A DNA stretch of 60,874 nucleotides, filler included, from Nitrospinae bacterium RIFCSPLOWO2_12_FULL_45_22 (GCA_001803565.1; 5 parts of 5 records of this genome joined end to end with filler, not necessarily neighbours in it); one strand, 5' to 3'; shown: positions 46,474 through 57,597, counted from the first letter of the whole stretch. Program-made: numbers and translations. Notes: generated by a model not told the origin, from the sequence alone.

Positions 46474-48810
46474 TTATTGGCCGGTGAGAAATTTGGGCTT
46501 TAATTGAATCATCAAGGCCGGCAGCAACAGCAGAGCCCCAAGCATATTGGCTGTTATTACTACAGCCAGCATACCACCCATTATAGCCTGGAAACGGATA
46601 GCTGATAACAAAAGGGTCAGAACCCCAAGCGTAAGAGACATACCAGTAAAGAATACGGCCGTACCGGCATGGGTGAGGCTGATAAAATGGGCCTCTTCCG
46701 GGCTCTTACCCGCCTGCCGTTCTTCCTGCATTCGACATACAGTATAAATGGCATAGTCTCCCAGCCCTAAACCTAATGTAGCTACTGAGACCGTATAAAT
46801 AAATAGGCCGATCTCTGTAAACCCCATGGCACCAAAGAGTATCAAGTTACTCAGTTCCAGAACGCCTATGACTAAAAATGCACCCCATACCGAACCGAAG
46901 GTTATCGAGATAAATACCAATACCGCTACCGAGATCAGGATGAGGGTGTCACGCTGCCCCTTCCGTATAGTATCCATAATAGCAGCGAAGACACCGATAA
47001 GGCCCGCCGCCTGCCGGAACTCGTATTTAGACTGCTGGTTTTCTTTCAGATACTCATCAGTATCCCGGATAATATCCCGGATAGTACTGCCACGGTGGTC
47101 CTTTACGTATATCCCCAGCATAGCTTCACTATAATCAATCTCAAAGAAGGCTTTGCTATCGTCTGGGCCACCACTGGTACGGAAGATATCCATAAATTGC
47201 CAGATGGTAGTATAATCATTGGGTAGGATGTACCAGCGGGGGTCATTATCATGGAAGGCCATATTTACTCCCTTAAGGACTTCGGTATAGGCGCTGCTCC
47301 CCCGCACATCGGCCCGGTCTTCCAGATGGTTCTTCAGGTTATGCACATCCCGCACCAGTTGAGGATCAGCCAGGGCACTGGCTTTGCCACCCCTAATATG
47401 AATCACATAGGGATTGACGCCAAAGAAGTTATTATTGATCAGCCTCTCGGCCTGATTATATTCTGAATCGTACCAGAACAGGGGCGAGCCTTCCTGCATA
47501 TCTCCTATCTCCATCTTATTGGCCCCAATAATCGTGATTACCAGGACGGCAGCATAAGCTAAGAATACGACTACTCGGCCCCGGGGATTCCAGGTGAGCT
47601 GGGCCACCCGACCTAAAATCTTCATAAATAGTTGATTGCGCCGCCTTACCCGCTCCATCTCCTTAGCTGTGGGCGCTGGCAGCACGGCAAGAAAGGCATG
47701 GATGAATACAGTAGTGGTGAAGAATATCCGCACTATCCCATAGGAGGCGGAGATAGCCATGTGCTGTATGAGGCTGAAAGGTATAAAGAACAGGACGACA
47801 AAACCGGCCCCATCGGTAATGATGGATGCCGCGCTGGGTATAGTAAGGCCTCTGAGTGTCTCTTCCGCTGCCCTCTTCTTATCCTCCCACTTCTCATACT
47901 CCTCATAGAAACGGTTCAGGATCTGTACACAGTGGCTCACCTCGATAGCCATGATCATGAAAGGGACAATGATGGTCATGATATCCATCTTCCAGCCCAG
48001 CAAGTGTTCCGAGCCAAAGCCCCAGGATACTGCTATAAAGGCGGCCCACATGGGCATGAAGATACCCCGCCAGGTGCCAAAGGCCAGGAACAGGAGCACC
48101 ACAATGGCAGCCATAGCTACCCCGAAGAGATAGACCATATAGCCCATAAACTGATGCAGATAGCCCATCTCTATCACCCGGCCGGCCAGATAAAATTTAT
48201 GATTAGCATTTTCTTCTTCCTTAAGGATTTTCCGGAGAGTCTGAAAAATATATTTAAACTCTTTGTCATCCCAGAACCGGGCCATGATCACAGCCGACTT
48301 TTGGTCCCAGGAGACCAGCTTGCCATAAATAGCCGCATTATTGAGGATAGTCTGGCGGTATGCAGTCATGAAATCAGGCTCGGTGATGGCCCGCTTAGCC
48401 AGGTCCCGGAAGCTCTGGCTATCCAGTACCGAGAGGCCCATCTCATCAAGATAAGTCCTGATATTCTTTACCCCACTATGGCTAGCAATAGAGACTACCT
48501 GACCCCGGATAATACCTCGCATATCATAGAGTTTTTGCCCTATCCGGTGCATCTTACTTATAGTCTCTTTATTGAATACGGTCCCCTCTTTTACCTCCAC
48601 CCCGATCTCTACCAGGGTACCTACACCAAATACATAATTCATAAAACCTTGCAACTCCACATTGGGATGACCCTTAGGGGCAATATTGGCCAGTTCCTCC
48701 GGCAAGGTTATCTTAGTAGTCTCGTAGGTAAGGAATAAGGTGATCAACAAGATGATAATGCATATAGGCCAACGGCCCTTGACAATAAACTTGGCAAAAA
48801 GCTCTACCAT
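46474..48810 (-). CDS. MMPL/RND-family transporter
   Basis: Two repeats of TM + periplasmic loop + 5 TM; SIITDGAGF, GLGDYAIY, GTAVFFTG. Confidence 0.88.
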   Translation of the reverse strand: MVELFAKFIVKGRWPICIIILLITLFLTYETTKITLPEELANIAPKGHPNVELQGFMNYVFGVGTLVEIGVEVKEGTVFNKETISKMHRIGQKLYDMRGIIRGQVVSIASHSGVKNIRTYLDEMGLSVLDSQSFRDLAKRAITEPDFMTAYRQTILNNAAIYGKLVSWDQKSAVIMARFWDDKEFKYIFQTLRKILKEEENANHKFYLAGRVIEMGYLHQFMGYMVYLFGVAMAAIVVLLFLAFGTWRGIFMPMWAAFIAVSWGFGSEHLLGWKMDIMTIIVPFMIMAIEVSHCVQILNRFYEEYEKWEDKKRAAEETLRGLTIPSAASIITDGAGFVVLFFIPFSLIQHMAISASYGIVRIFFTTTVFIHAFLAVLPAPTAKEMERVRRRNQLFMKILGRVAQLTWNPRGRVVVFLAYAAVLVITIIGANKMEIGDMQEGSPLFWYDSEYNQAERLINNNFFGVNPYVIHIRGGKASALADPQLVRDVHNLKNHLEDRADVRGSSAYTEVLKGVNMAFHDNDPRWYILPNDYTTIWQFMDIFRTSGGPDDSKAFFEIDYSEAMLGIYVKDHRGSTIRDIIRDTDEYLKENQQSKYEFRQAAGLIGVFAAIMDTIRKGQRDTLILISVAVLVFISITFGSVWGAFLVIGVLELSNLILFGAMGFTEIGLFIYTVSVATLGLGLGDYAIYTVCRMQEERQAGKSPEEAHFISLTHAGTAVFFTGMSLTLGVLTLLLSAIRFQAIMGGMLAVVITANMLGALLLLPALMIQLKPKFLTGQ

Positions 48811-49020
48811 AGATGATTCTCCCGTCAGCTAACCTCTTTTTTGGTTAGCGGTGGCCTTCATGTCAACGGAAAATAATATTTCAAATTTTTAGGTTTTGCC
48901 CATTATTTGTAGGGGAGTTATGATAGCACAGCGATAAGGAAAAGTGCAAACCTTTTTTTCTTAACTTTGGCTTGAGATTGCTATTTAACCCGAAAAGGGC
49001 AATTTTTTTTCAAACTCAGG

Positions 49021-49245
49021 ATAGGGGTAGGAACGACCGGTTGAAATCAGGTCCCTCCCCCCTCCGAACCATGCATGCCGATCTCCGGTACACGGATCTT
49101 CGGTCGGTAGCTCACCTCCGAGAGGATTGACAGACCGCGGCATGGGCTGCGGTCAAGGAGAACAACCCATGCTCAGCAAAGAAGGCATTGGGCCAGCGAT
49201 GGCCTCGCTCGAAGTGATACCCCAAGAAATCAAAACCCCCTTTCT
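49021..49245 (-). mobile_element. Group II intron (class C-like) 3' relic: RT fragment plus domains V-VI
   Basis: GFDFLGYHFERGHRWPNAFFAEHGLFSL...QSSRR*; degenerate DV (GATCCGTGTACCGGAGATCGGCATGCATGGTTCGGAGGGGGG); 3' end CCTACCCCTAT. Confidence 0.8.
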
Positions 49246-49327
49246 GGGGTGAAATTGCTAGAAATAGCGATTGGTATAAAAGGAGATTCTGAGAAAAGGA
49301 TGGCTTGGAAGATTTAGTAACCTTATC

Positions 49328-49376
49328 GGGGAGGACAAGCATGACCGAAGAGCTATGGTGTGTCCTCCCCCTTTTT
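49328..49376. terminator. Hairpin downstream of glnA, possible terminator
   Basis: GGGGAGGACA...TGTCCTCCCC stem; the T-tract is on the + strand side. Confidence 0.4.
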
Positions 49377-49396
49377 ATTCCTCAATTCACCAAAGT

Positions 49397-50809
49397 TTAG
49401 ATATCGTAGTAGAGGGCAAACTCGTAGGGGTGGGGCCGGAGGCGCAATTCATTAACCTCTTTGGTCCTCTTATATCTTATCCAGACATCAATAGCATCCT
49501 GGGTAAAGACATCCCCTTTCATCAGAAAGTCATGGTCTTTCTCCAGGGCATACAGGGCATCTTCCAAAGACCCCGGTACCGACGGTACATGGGCCAACTC
49601 CTCAGGGCCTAACTCATAGATATCCTTATCCAGGGGCTCGCCTGGATCAATCTTATTTTCTATGCCATCCAGGCCCGCCATAAGCATAGCCGCAAAGGCC
49701 AGGTAACCGTTACATGCAGGATCAGGGAAGCGCACCTCAATCCTTTTGGCCTTAGGACTAGGGGAATACATGGGGATGCGGACACCAGCACTGCGGTTGC
49801 GGCTGGAGTAGGCCAGGTTCACCGGGGCTTCAAAACCCGGGACCAGCCTCTTGTAAGAATTGGTGGTAGGGGCCACAAAGGCACATAGGGCCGGGGCATG
49901 CTTCAAGATACCACCTATATAATAAAGGGCCAGCTCACTCATACCAGCATACCTACTGCCAGCAAAGAGGGGTTTGCCGGCTTTCCAGAGGCTCTGATGG
50001 GTATGCATACCTGACCCATTATCGTTCCAGATGGGCTTGGGCATAAAGGTTGCAGTCTTGCAATATTTTTGGGCTACATTTTTGACAATATATTTATACC
50101 ACATAAGGTTATCAGCACACTTGACCAGCGGGGCAAACCGCATATCAATCTCCCCCTGGCCGGCTGTAGCTACCTCATGGTGGTGGCATTCAATCTCAAT
50201 CCCCAATTCTGTCATAGTCAGAATCATCTCTGAGCGAATATCTTGCAGGCTATCGGTAGGGGGTACAGGGAAATAACCTTCTTTATAGCGGGGCTTGTAG
50301 CCCAGGTTAGGATTCTCTTCCCGGCCCGAGTTCCAGCGACCCTCAATAGAATCTATATGGTAGAAGCTATGCTGTTCGCGGGAGTCAAAGCGGATATCAT
50401 CGAAGATAAAGAATTCTGCCTCCGGGCCAAAATAGGCCGTATCGGCAATACCGGTAGATTTCATATAGGCCTCGGCCTTCTGGGCAATATTGCGGGGGTC
50501 CCGGCTATACTTTTCTTTGGTAATAGGGTCCAGGATATTACAGATCATAGTCAGGGTAGGTACGGCGGTGAACGGGTCTAATACGGCCGTTGTTGGGTCG
50601 GGAACTACCAGCATATCACTGACATGGATGGCCTGCCAGCCCCGAATGCTGGAGCCATCAAACCCGAACCCTTCTTCAAAGGAATCCTCTGATAGTTCTA
50701 ATATCGGTACAGTGAAATGCTGCCATAACCCCGGATAATCCATGAATTTCAAATCCAACAGTTTTACACCTTTACTCTCAGCAAACTTCAATACCTCCTT
50801 CGGTGTCAT
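49397..50809 (-). CDS. glnA: Glutamine synthetase type I
   Basis: [49 protein letters not shown]; start at MTPKEV. Confidence 0.97.
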   Translation of the reverse strand: MTPKEVLKFAESKGVKLLDLKFMDYPGLWQHFTVPILELSEDSFEEGFGFDGSSIRGWQAIHVSDMLVVPDPTTAVLDPFTAVPTLTMICNILDPITKEKYSRDPRNIAQKAEAYMKSTGIADTAYFGPEAEFFIFDDIRFDSREQHSFYHIDSIEGRWNSGREENPNLGYKPRYKEGYFPVPPTDSLQDIRSEMILTMTELGIEIECHHHEVATAGQGEIDMRFAPLVKCADNLMWYKYIVKNVAQKYCKTATFMPKPIWNDNGSGMHTHQSLWKAGKPLFAGSRYAGMSELALYYIGGILKHAPALCAFVAPTTNSYKRLVPGFEAPVNLAYSSRNRSAGVRIPMYSPSPKAKRIEVRFPDPACNGYLAFAAMLMAGLDGIENKIDPGEPLDKDIYELGPEELAHVPSVPGSLEDALYALEKDHDFLMKGDVFTQDAIDVWIRYKRTKEVNELRLRPHPYEFALYYDI

Positions 50810-50831
50810 CTTGTCCCTCCTATAACAAACC

Positions 50832-50916
50832 GTTATTAGGTTATTAGGTAACTGGGTAACTGGGTCATTGGGTACTGGGTAACTAAATAACCTAATCACC
50901 CAATCACCTATTTACC
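50832..50916. repeat. Octamer palindrome between glnB and glnA
   Basis: gttattag gttattag gtaactgg gtaactgg gtcattgg...aataacct aatcaccc aatcacct; homologous to 3425-3498. Confidence 0.75.
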
Positions 50917-50918
50917 CT

Positions 50919-51269
<351 letters not shown>

Positions 51270-51281
51270 CTAAAAATAGAT

Positions 51282-51401
51282 GTAGGCGTTCAGCCTTAAG
51301 CCTTCAGCTAAAAACAATCGTAATAAGAAAAATTTCTCCTCATGCCTTGCCCCTCACGCCTTACGATAAGTCTTGCTGATGGATGACGGCTGAACGATTA
51401 C
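51282..51401. mobile_element. MITE-like element GTAGGCGTTCAG...CTGAACGATTAC
   Basis: Inverted homologue of 41023-41158; flanks AAATAGAT/AAATAGGC match 6/8. Confidence 0.65.
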
Positions 51402-51523
51402 AAATAGGCCTTGCCTCTCGGTCATCTAGTGAGTGAATATTAGACCATTTGGCCATTTTTGTAAAGAGATTGTTAACTGAGAGGCAGTGTTCATACCCTG
51501 TGTCTACGGTGTTCTCCCTTACT

Positions 51524-52882
51524 TTATTTTGTGTGAAAACCCGAATAAGCCACTTCCCCGTGCGCGCTTATATCTACACCCTCGATTTCTTCTTCTGGAG
51601 ATATCCTAAGTCCCATCATAACCTTAAGTACAGAGAGGATGATGAGGGTGCCTACAAAGGCAAAGATCCAGGTTGCCGCTACCGCGACGAACTGTACCCA
51701 AAGTTGCGCTGGATTGCCAAAGAAGAGGCCATTATTCCCAGCCGCATTAATGGCTTTAGAGGCGAACAGTCCCGTCGCCAGAGCCCCCCAGGTCCCGCCA
51801 ATCCCATGCACCCCCACTACATCGAGGGAGTCGTCATAACCCAACTTCATTTTAACATTGCAGGCAGTTGAGCAGAGGACACCCCCGCCTATTCCGATAA
51901 AGATGGAGGAGATTGGCCCAACAAAACCTGATGCCGGCGTAATAGCAACAAGCCCGGCAACGGCTCCGCTGGCAGCGCCTAGAACCGTGGGCTTGCCCTT
52001 CAAGACCCAGTCCATAACCATCCATGAGAGGGCTGCTGCTGCTGCTGCTGTGTTGGTAACGACAAAGGCATTAGTAGCCAGGCCATCAGCCGCTAATGCA
52101 CTTCCGGCATTAAAACCAAACCATCCCACCCAGAGCAATGAAGCCCCAATAACGCTAAAGGGGAGATTATGCGGTGGCATTGCCTCGCGTCCGTAGCCGA
52201 TCCGCTTCCCAAACATAAGAGCGGCGGCCAGGGCAGATACCCCAGAGCTGATATGCACTACTGTCCCCCCGGCAAAGTCTAAAGCCCCCAATTCCCTTAA
52301 CCATCCTTTTACCCCCCACACCCAATGGGCCAGGGGGTCATAGATAAAGGTTGCCCAGAGTAAGACAAAGAGGACAAAGGTGCTGAATTTTGCCCGTTCT
52401 GCAAACGTACCGGTGATTAGCGCAGGGGTGATAATGGCAAACATCAATTGGAAGACCATAAATGCCTGATGTGGGATAGTTGCAGCATAAGCTGGGTTGG
52501 GATCAGCTCCTACCCCGTTTAATCCAAACCAGCTCAGGCTACCAATGATTCCCCACTTGTCAGGGCCAAAGGAGAGGCTGTAACCCCACAGCACCCACTG
52601 AACGCTAATTAAGGCAGCAATAATGAAACTATGCATGATGGTGCCGAGGGCATTTTTTGTTCGGACCAGGCCACCATAAAAGAGGAACAGTCCAGGAATC
52701 GTCATCATCAGTACCAGGGCTGAGGATGTGAGCATCCAGGCGGTGTCCCCTTTGTCAATCGTGTGGAGCGGTTGTGCCTCCGGGGTCTCAGCGCCCAGGG
52801 CCAAAGGGGTCAAAATGATTAGTAAAAGGATGGGTAAGATCGCCCATATAAATGACTTCTTCATTACTCCTTTGACTTTCAT
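51524..52882 (-). CDS. amtB: Ammonium transporter
   Basis: GDTAWML, FQLMFA, DFAGGTVVH, WFGFNAGS, YDDSLDVVGVHG. Confidence 0.96.
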   Translation of the reverse strand: MKVKGVMKKSFIWAILPILLLIILTPLALGAETPEAQPLHTIDKGDTAWMLTSSALVLMMTIPGLFLFYGGLVRTKNALGTIMHSFIIAALISVQWVLWGYSLSFGPDKWGIIGSLSWFGLNGVGADPNPAYAATIPHQAFMVFQLMFAIITPALITGTFAERAKFSTFVLFVLLWATFIYDPLAHWVWGVKGWLRELGALDFAGGTVVHISSGVSALAAALMFGKRIGYGREAMPPHNLPFSVIGASLLWVGWFGFNAGSALAADGLATNAFVVTNTAAAAAALSWMVMDWVLKGKPTVLGAASGAVAGLVAITPASGFVGPISSIFIGIGGGVLCSTACNVKMKLGYDDSLDVVGVHGIGGTWGALATGLFASKAINAAGNNGLFFGNPAQLWVQFVAVAATWIFAFVGTLIILSVLKVMMGLRISPEEEIEGVDISAHGEVAYSGFHTK

Positions 52883-52961
52883 AACTCTTTCTCCTTCCTC
52901 CATGCCTTGCATTTTTGTAAGTTTTGCTGCAAAAGGGGTTACAAGCCTCCCCAAAACTCTT

Positions 52962-53768
52962 TTAGCTAATCTTTCCTACCCAGTTCTTAAGGAAACTCTT
53001 TGCCGTACTTATGTCTGTGTTTATATCCAATTGAAAGGTAAATTTGGTCTCACCATTAAGATTTTCATCTTTATACCATACCGGCCCTACCAGTAAGCTT
53101 ATATTCTTGGTGAAGTAAAAATAAAGGCCCACACCGCCGCCACCAAGGACATTGTCACCGCTCATATAATCAGCTGCAATCATAAGCTTATCCGGGATAA
53201 GCCATCTATCCCAACCGATCATAAAACCATCATTTTCTTCACCTCCATTAGCGTCTTTCAAGACACTGCTATTAGCGAAATAATAGCCTGCATGGAGCCT
53301 TCCGACAAATGGAAGACTCTTGCCCACGATAACATCTACTGCATTCTGAGCTGTTAAACCCTTACTTGTCCCTACATTGAATATACCGAGGTTTAATGCC
53401 GGAGAGCCTTTAAACCAGGCATTTTCCGGGGTGCCGAGCTTGGCATTGAAAAACACGGGATAGTCAGTGGGTTCAACTAGGTCAATACCCACCTCCAGTT
53501 GTAACTTTTCAAAGGGTAAGACACCCACTGTCAGCCCTAAATCCGTTGGGAAGTCACCGCCCCTATTGCTCAGCTTCCTGGCCATGGTGGTATAGCTATC
53601 ATAAGTTAAATGCCATATCCCAAAAGGCTGGATATCCATGGTGCATGGAGACCAATAAGTGGTTGAAGGCGTAGCCAGCACCCGCTCTGGCACCGCGAGC
53701 GCACCGATAAGTAATGATATAACTGCAAAAACTACTCCCCTCTTTACTAAAAAATTTCTGCGCCTCAT
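52962..53768 (-). CDS. Probable outer-membrane beta-barrel protein heading the amt operon
   Basis: Signal peptide ending VLA-TPSTTYW, alternating beta-strand pattern, FQLDIN near the C-terminus. Confidence 0.6.
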   Translation of the reverse strand: MRRRNFLVKRGVVFAVISLLIGALAVPERVLATPSTTYWSPCTMDIQPFGIWHLTYDSYTTMARKLSNRGGDFPTDLGLTVGVLPFEKLQLEVGIDLVEPTDYPVFFNAKLGTPENAWFKGSPALNLGIFNVGTSKGLTAQNAVDVIVGKSLPFVGRLHAGYYFANSSVLKDANGGEENDGFMIGWDRWLIPDKLMIAADYMSGDNVLGGGGVGLYFYFTKNISLLVGPVWYKDENLNGETKFTFQLDINTDISTAKSFLKNWVGKIS

Positions 53769-53920
53769 AACTCCTCCTTTCTTTTATATATGGTTACCCG
53801 AAGATAAAAAATGTAGAGTGCGGTTCCTGAACGTAGCGCAGTTCGCCTGGCATGATCAGGAGCTACGCACTACAAATATTGGTATTACTTCCCATGGGAT
53901 TGAATACCTATAGCCGAGGG

Positions 53921-53936
53921 AGCAAATAATATGCCA
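53921..53936 (-). promoter_or_regulatory. Sigma54 (-24/-12) promoter of the porin-amtB-glnB-glnA operon
   Basis: Minus strand TGGCATATTATTTGCT, upstream of nitrogen-assimilation genes. Confidence 0.75.
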
Positions 53937-54138
53937 GTTAGTAAAGGAAAGGGTCCCAGGGTTGCGGAAAAGGATTGATATATAAGACGATTATGATTGT
54001 TTATTTAAAATTAAAGGGGAGGGGCAAGGCCAATGCTATTATTGGGTGGTGCTGAAGGAGTAAGCAATAGCTAACCGTGGGGGTTGAGGAAATAAAGGGG
54101 CCAAATGGCCTGGGATAAGGGTTGGCTCAGGGTGCCTC

Positions 54139-55233
54139 CTATTTGGGCACCAGTGGGTTACCCTGCCTATTAATTGACCTTACCTTGAGTTCTTGGGCTA
54201 GCTTCTTCATCTTTACCAACCCTTTGGCTAGATCATAGAAGCCATGCCATTGAACATAATCAGGCCCCATCATCGCGGCACCCATTCTGGCCCTCCTTCC
54301 TTCATGGTGCCAGAGCTCAAAGAATACCCATTCAATCTCTTCATCAAATTTATTATCGCTGGTAAGGAGCCCTTGGGCATATAGCTCATTCATCATCGCT
54401 TGCATAGGTATAAAGTATTTAGTGTTATATAGTTCGACTGCGGCATCAAATTGTTGATAAAAGCCCTTTACCCATCCAGCGGAATGGCAACTAAGGCATA
54501 TCTTCTGCATCTTCGCCCTTTTCTCCTGCCAGTTCTCGGTCTTTACTGCCAGGGGCCTCTCTAATTCCCAGGAGAGCCTGGATGAAACATTGTGGGTAGA
54601 CTCCAGGACACCTACGCCGGACATGTGACAAGTAGCGCAGGTAGGGGCACGGTAATGTCTCGTATCCCAATAGGGGGTGGCAACATCCCAATCCCATTCT
54701 CTTCCTTCATGCTGGTAAATGGCCCCGTGTTTGGATTCTAAATAAATCTCTAGCTGGGGATGATCGGGCCCTATATGGCATTGACCGCAGGCCTCGGGCT
54801 TGCGAGCTTCGGCTATAGAGAACCGGTGCCGGGTATGGCAGGCCGAACAACTTCCCCGGCTCCCATCGGGATTGATCCTCCCGATGCCGGTATTAGGCCA
54901 GGTAGTAGGATCGGATGCCCCCTGGTTGAAGGTCACGATCGAGCCGTGGCACTTCTCACATCCCATCACGGCCGCGGCTTTACCCTCTACTACATAAGCC
55001 AGGAAATCATCCTTTCCCCTTTCTTTATCCAGGGGCTGGACAAAGGTAGCGCCCTTGCTATGCAGACTATCATTAAATTCTTTGACTGCTTTGGGGTGGC
55101 ACCGCTGGCAGTCGTTAGGAGTAACTAAGGCCGATATGCTCGCCCCTTCATGCTCTCGGGAGTCAGGCTCCTGTGGGTCGGCCTTGTGACACTCGAGACA
55201 ATCAACCTTGGCTTTACTATGGGAAGAGTTTTT
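54139..55233 (-). CDS. Multiheme (HAO-like) cytochrome c, 5' end cut by gap
   Basis: Frame is open to the gap; CLECH, CQRCH, CEKCH, CSACH, CGQCH, CATCH, CLSCH; GPDHPQ.EIY.ESKHG; GAAMMGPDYVQWHG. Confidence 0.88.
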   Translation of the reverse strand, partial: KNSSHSKAKVDCLECHKADPQEPDSREHEGASISALVTPNDCQRCHPKAVKEFNDSLHSKGATFVQPLDKERGKDDFLAYVVEGKAAAVMGCEKCHGSIVTFNQGASDPTTWPNTGIGRINPDGSRGSCSACHTRHRFSIAEARKPEACGQCHIGPDHPQLEIYLESKHGAIYQHEGREWDWDVATPYWDTRHYRAPTCATCHMSGVGVLESTHNVSSRLSWELERPLAVKTENWQEKRAKMQKICLSCHSAGWVKGFYQQFDAAVELYNTKYFIPMQAMMNELYAQGLLTSDNKFDEEIEWVFFELWHHEGRRARMGAAMMGPDYVQWHGFYDLAKGLVKMKKLAQELKVRSINRQGNPLVPK

Positions 55234-55333
55234 NNNNNNNNNNNNNNNNNNNNNNNNNNNNNNNNNNNNNNNNNNNNTTAATTAATTAANNNNNNNNNNN
55301 NNNNNNNNNNNNNNNNNNNNNNNNNNNNNNNNN

Positions 55334-55361
55334 CTTCTTTTTCACTAGGCTTGCCGATCAT
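55334..55361 (-). CDS. Start of a small gene (MIGKPSEKE...), resembling zf-TFIIB-domain proteins
   Basis: GGAGG RBS plus 9 codons before the gap. Confidence 0.35.
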
Positions 55362-55494
55362 ATAGACCTCCTTTACTATCGACTGGTATTGTCAAAACTT
55401 CACCACAGAGTACACAGAGTATTGCTCTGTGCTCTCTGTGGTTTCATATTTTTCCCTCTTTTTTCATAAAACTTTTGACATTACCTATCAACTA

Positions 55495-56349
55495 TTACTT
55501 TAATCCGGGGTTTTCTAAGTAGCGTAGCAAGTCCGAATCGGGTCTTAAGACCAGCGTAGTACCGGCCGTGAAGATCTTCTCATAGGTCTCTAGCCGTCGG
55601 CTGAAGGCATAGAATTCTGGGTCCTGGCCAAAGGCCTGGGCATAGATAGCAGTAGATTGGGCATCTCCAGTACCCATGAGCTTTTGACTCTTCTCATAGG
55701 CCTGGGCCAAGATGATCTCCCGTTCTTTATCAGCACCGGCCCGCACCTCCCGGGCCCGCTCCTCCCCCTCGGCCCGGTAGCGCTTACCAATCCGGTTCCG
55801 TTCAGCCTGCATCCGGGCAAAGACACTGGCTTGCACTTCCTCGGGCAGGTCGGCCCGCTTGATCCTTACATCAATAACTTCGATGCCAAAGGGGGCTGCC
55901 ATCTCCCGGGTCCCGGTGGCCACTGCCTCCATGATGGATTCACGTTTTTCCCGGATAATGTCTTTAAAATTGTGTTTGCCAATCTCCTGGCGTAGTCGGG
56001 CAAAGATAATATCATCCAGCCGGGCCATGGCCCCCCTTTCATCCCGTACCGTACGGAAGAATTGGAGGGGGTCTTTTATGCGCCAGCGGGAGAGATGGTC
56101 TACCGCCAATCGCTTCTTATCCAGGGTGAGATACTCACCCGGTTGGGCATCGGTCGTCAAGACCCTCTTATCGAAGCGAGTAAGGGAATGGAAGACGGGA
56201 ACGCGATAATAGAACCCTGGTTCCAGTATGGTCTTTATATGCCGGCCAAACTGGGTGAGGATGGCTTGCTCCCATTCGTTGATGACAAAGGCCACCTGGG
56301 AGATGACGATAAAAACCGCTATAGCCAGACCAATAATAAGGTTTCTCAT
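55495..56349 (-). CDS. hflC: FtsH modulator HflC
   Basis: LTLDKKRL.VD...WRI.DP, IDVRIKRADLP, RM.AER, DPEFYAF.R.LE.Y. Confidence 0.94.
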   Translation of the reverse strand: MRNLIIGLAIAVFIVISQVAFVINEWEQAILTQFGRHIKTILEPGFYYRVPVFHSLTRFDKRVLTTDAQPGEYLTLDKKRLAVDHLSRWRIKDPLQFFRTVRDERGAMARLDDIIFARLRQEIGKHNFKDIIREKRESIMEAVATGTREMAAPFGIEVIDVRIKRADLPEEVQASVFARMQAERNRIGKRYRAEGEERAREVRAGADKEREIILAQAYEKSQKLMGTGDAQSTAIYAQAFGQDPEFYAFSRRLETYEKIFTAGTTLVLRPDSDLLRYLENPGLK

Positions 56350-56355
56350 TATAAA

Positions 56356-57432
56356 TTACCTCCCTTCATTTTCTATAGGTAATGTCTCTTTTGCCTTTTC
56401 CGGGGTCGTAGGAGGGATTAGCTCCCTCAAGGGAAGTATGGGTAAGACCCCCCTTCCCTTCTCTCCCCCAGTGTCCAGGATGAACTTTTGCGTTGCTGGC
56501 AGAATTCGTTCTATACTCTCCAGGTAGAGGCGGTCTCTAGTTACTTCTTTGGCCTTCTGATACTCTTCTAACAACTTGAGGAACCTGGCCGCATTGCCTT
56601 GAGAGCGGATTACGCGTTGCTCCTTGTAAGCCTCGGCCTTCCGGAGCATCTCAGCCGCCTCCCCCCGGGCCTTGGGCACTACATCCTCCCGGTACCCCTC
56701 TGCCTCTCTCATCAGCCGTTCCCGGTCTTCCCAGGCCCTTACTACATCGTGGAAGGCATCCCTTACCTCCCGGGGCGGGTCTACTACCAGCAGCCGCGCC
56801 TCGGTGACCAATAGCCCGGTCTGATAGGTATCAAGGAGGTTCTGTAAATAGCTCTTTGCCTTCTCCTGCACCACTACCCGGCCTTCCGTCATAGTATAAT
56901 CAATAGTATTCTGGCCTACTACACCCCGCAGGGCTACCTCGGTCGAGGCCCGCAAAACCTCTTCCGGATTACGTGTCCGGAAGAGATACTTTACCGGGTC
57001 TTGTACCAGGTACTGGACGAAGAGTTGGACATCAACAATATTCTCATCCCCGGTAAGCATCAGGGACTCTTCAAAGACTGGTTGGGTAGCACTAGTAGGG
57101 CCCTCGGCAACCGTACGGAAGCCGACCTCAGCCCGTCTCACCCGGGCAATGTCTACTACATTATGGGCCTGGATAGGCCAGGGTAGCCGGTAGCGCAGCC
57201 CCGGGTCAGTCTGGGTTATTACCCTGCCAAATAAGAGCACCACACCTCGTTCGCCCGGGCCTACCATATAAAGCCCCGAGGCTAGCCAGACAAGCAGTAC
57301 AATAACCAGGATAAGCCAGCCGAGCTTCCCGGTACCCCATTGCTTCAGCCGTTCCAGGATGTTCACCAGACCTGGTGGGAGTCTGAAATCTTCCAAAGGA
57401 GATGTATCCCTCGGGAACCGTTTCTGATCCAT
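56356..57432 (-). CDS. hflK: FtsH modulator HflK
   Basis: MLTGDENIVDV, PP.EV..AF.DV..A.ED, VVPKARGEA, VTRDRLYLE. Confidence 0.94.
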   Translation of the reverse strand: MDQKRFPRDTSPLEDFRLPPGLVNILERLKQWGTGKLGWLILVIVLLVWLASGLYMVGPGERGVVLLFGRVITQTDPGLRYRLPWPIQAHNVVDIARVRRAEVGFRTVAEGPTSATQPVFEESLMLTGDENIVDVQLFVQYLVQDPVKYLFRTRNPEEVLRASTEVALRGVVGQNTIDYTMTEGRVVVQEKAKSYLQNLLDTYQTGLLVTEARLLVVDPPREVRDAFHDVVRAWEDRERLMREAEGYREDVVPKARGEAAEMLRKAEAYKEQRVIRSQGNAARFLKLLEEYQKAKEVTRDRLYLESIERILPATQKFILDTGGEKGRGVLPILPLRELIPPTTPEKAKETLPIENEGR

Positions 57433-57447
57433 AATTTATCCCCCCTG

Positions 57448-57597
57448 CTATAGTGTTATACTGAAGGCATTAAGCTTTTCGGGTCGGTTGAAAGCAATCC
57501 GTCCTACCCAACCCTCCATCTCTGTATGTTGTTTCTTCTTATAGATGATGTGGTCAAACTCAAAACCCTCCACCTTCTGCCAGGGTGTCAATCCCAT
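57448..57597 (-). pseudogene. Truncated MenB/BadI-like crotonase N-terminus
   Basis: WQKVEGFEFDHIIY...RIAFNRPEKLNAF then a stop after 49 codons; AGGAGG RBS. Confidence 0.65.

Noticed and set aside
47632-48738. 368-aa His-rich plus-strand ORF
   Set aside because: Antisense shadow of the hydrophobic MMPL gene.
49112-49342. 76-aa ORF as a functional protein
   Set aside because: Chimera of non-coding sequence and a deleted intron RT tail.
50810-50899. N-terminal extensions of glnA (also bzdN, tolQ, pyrD, amtB and the 38543 gene) in the ORF track
   Set aside because: They run through repeat elements or upstream DNA; for most, an RBS or family N-terminus lies at the downstream start used here.
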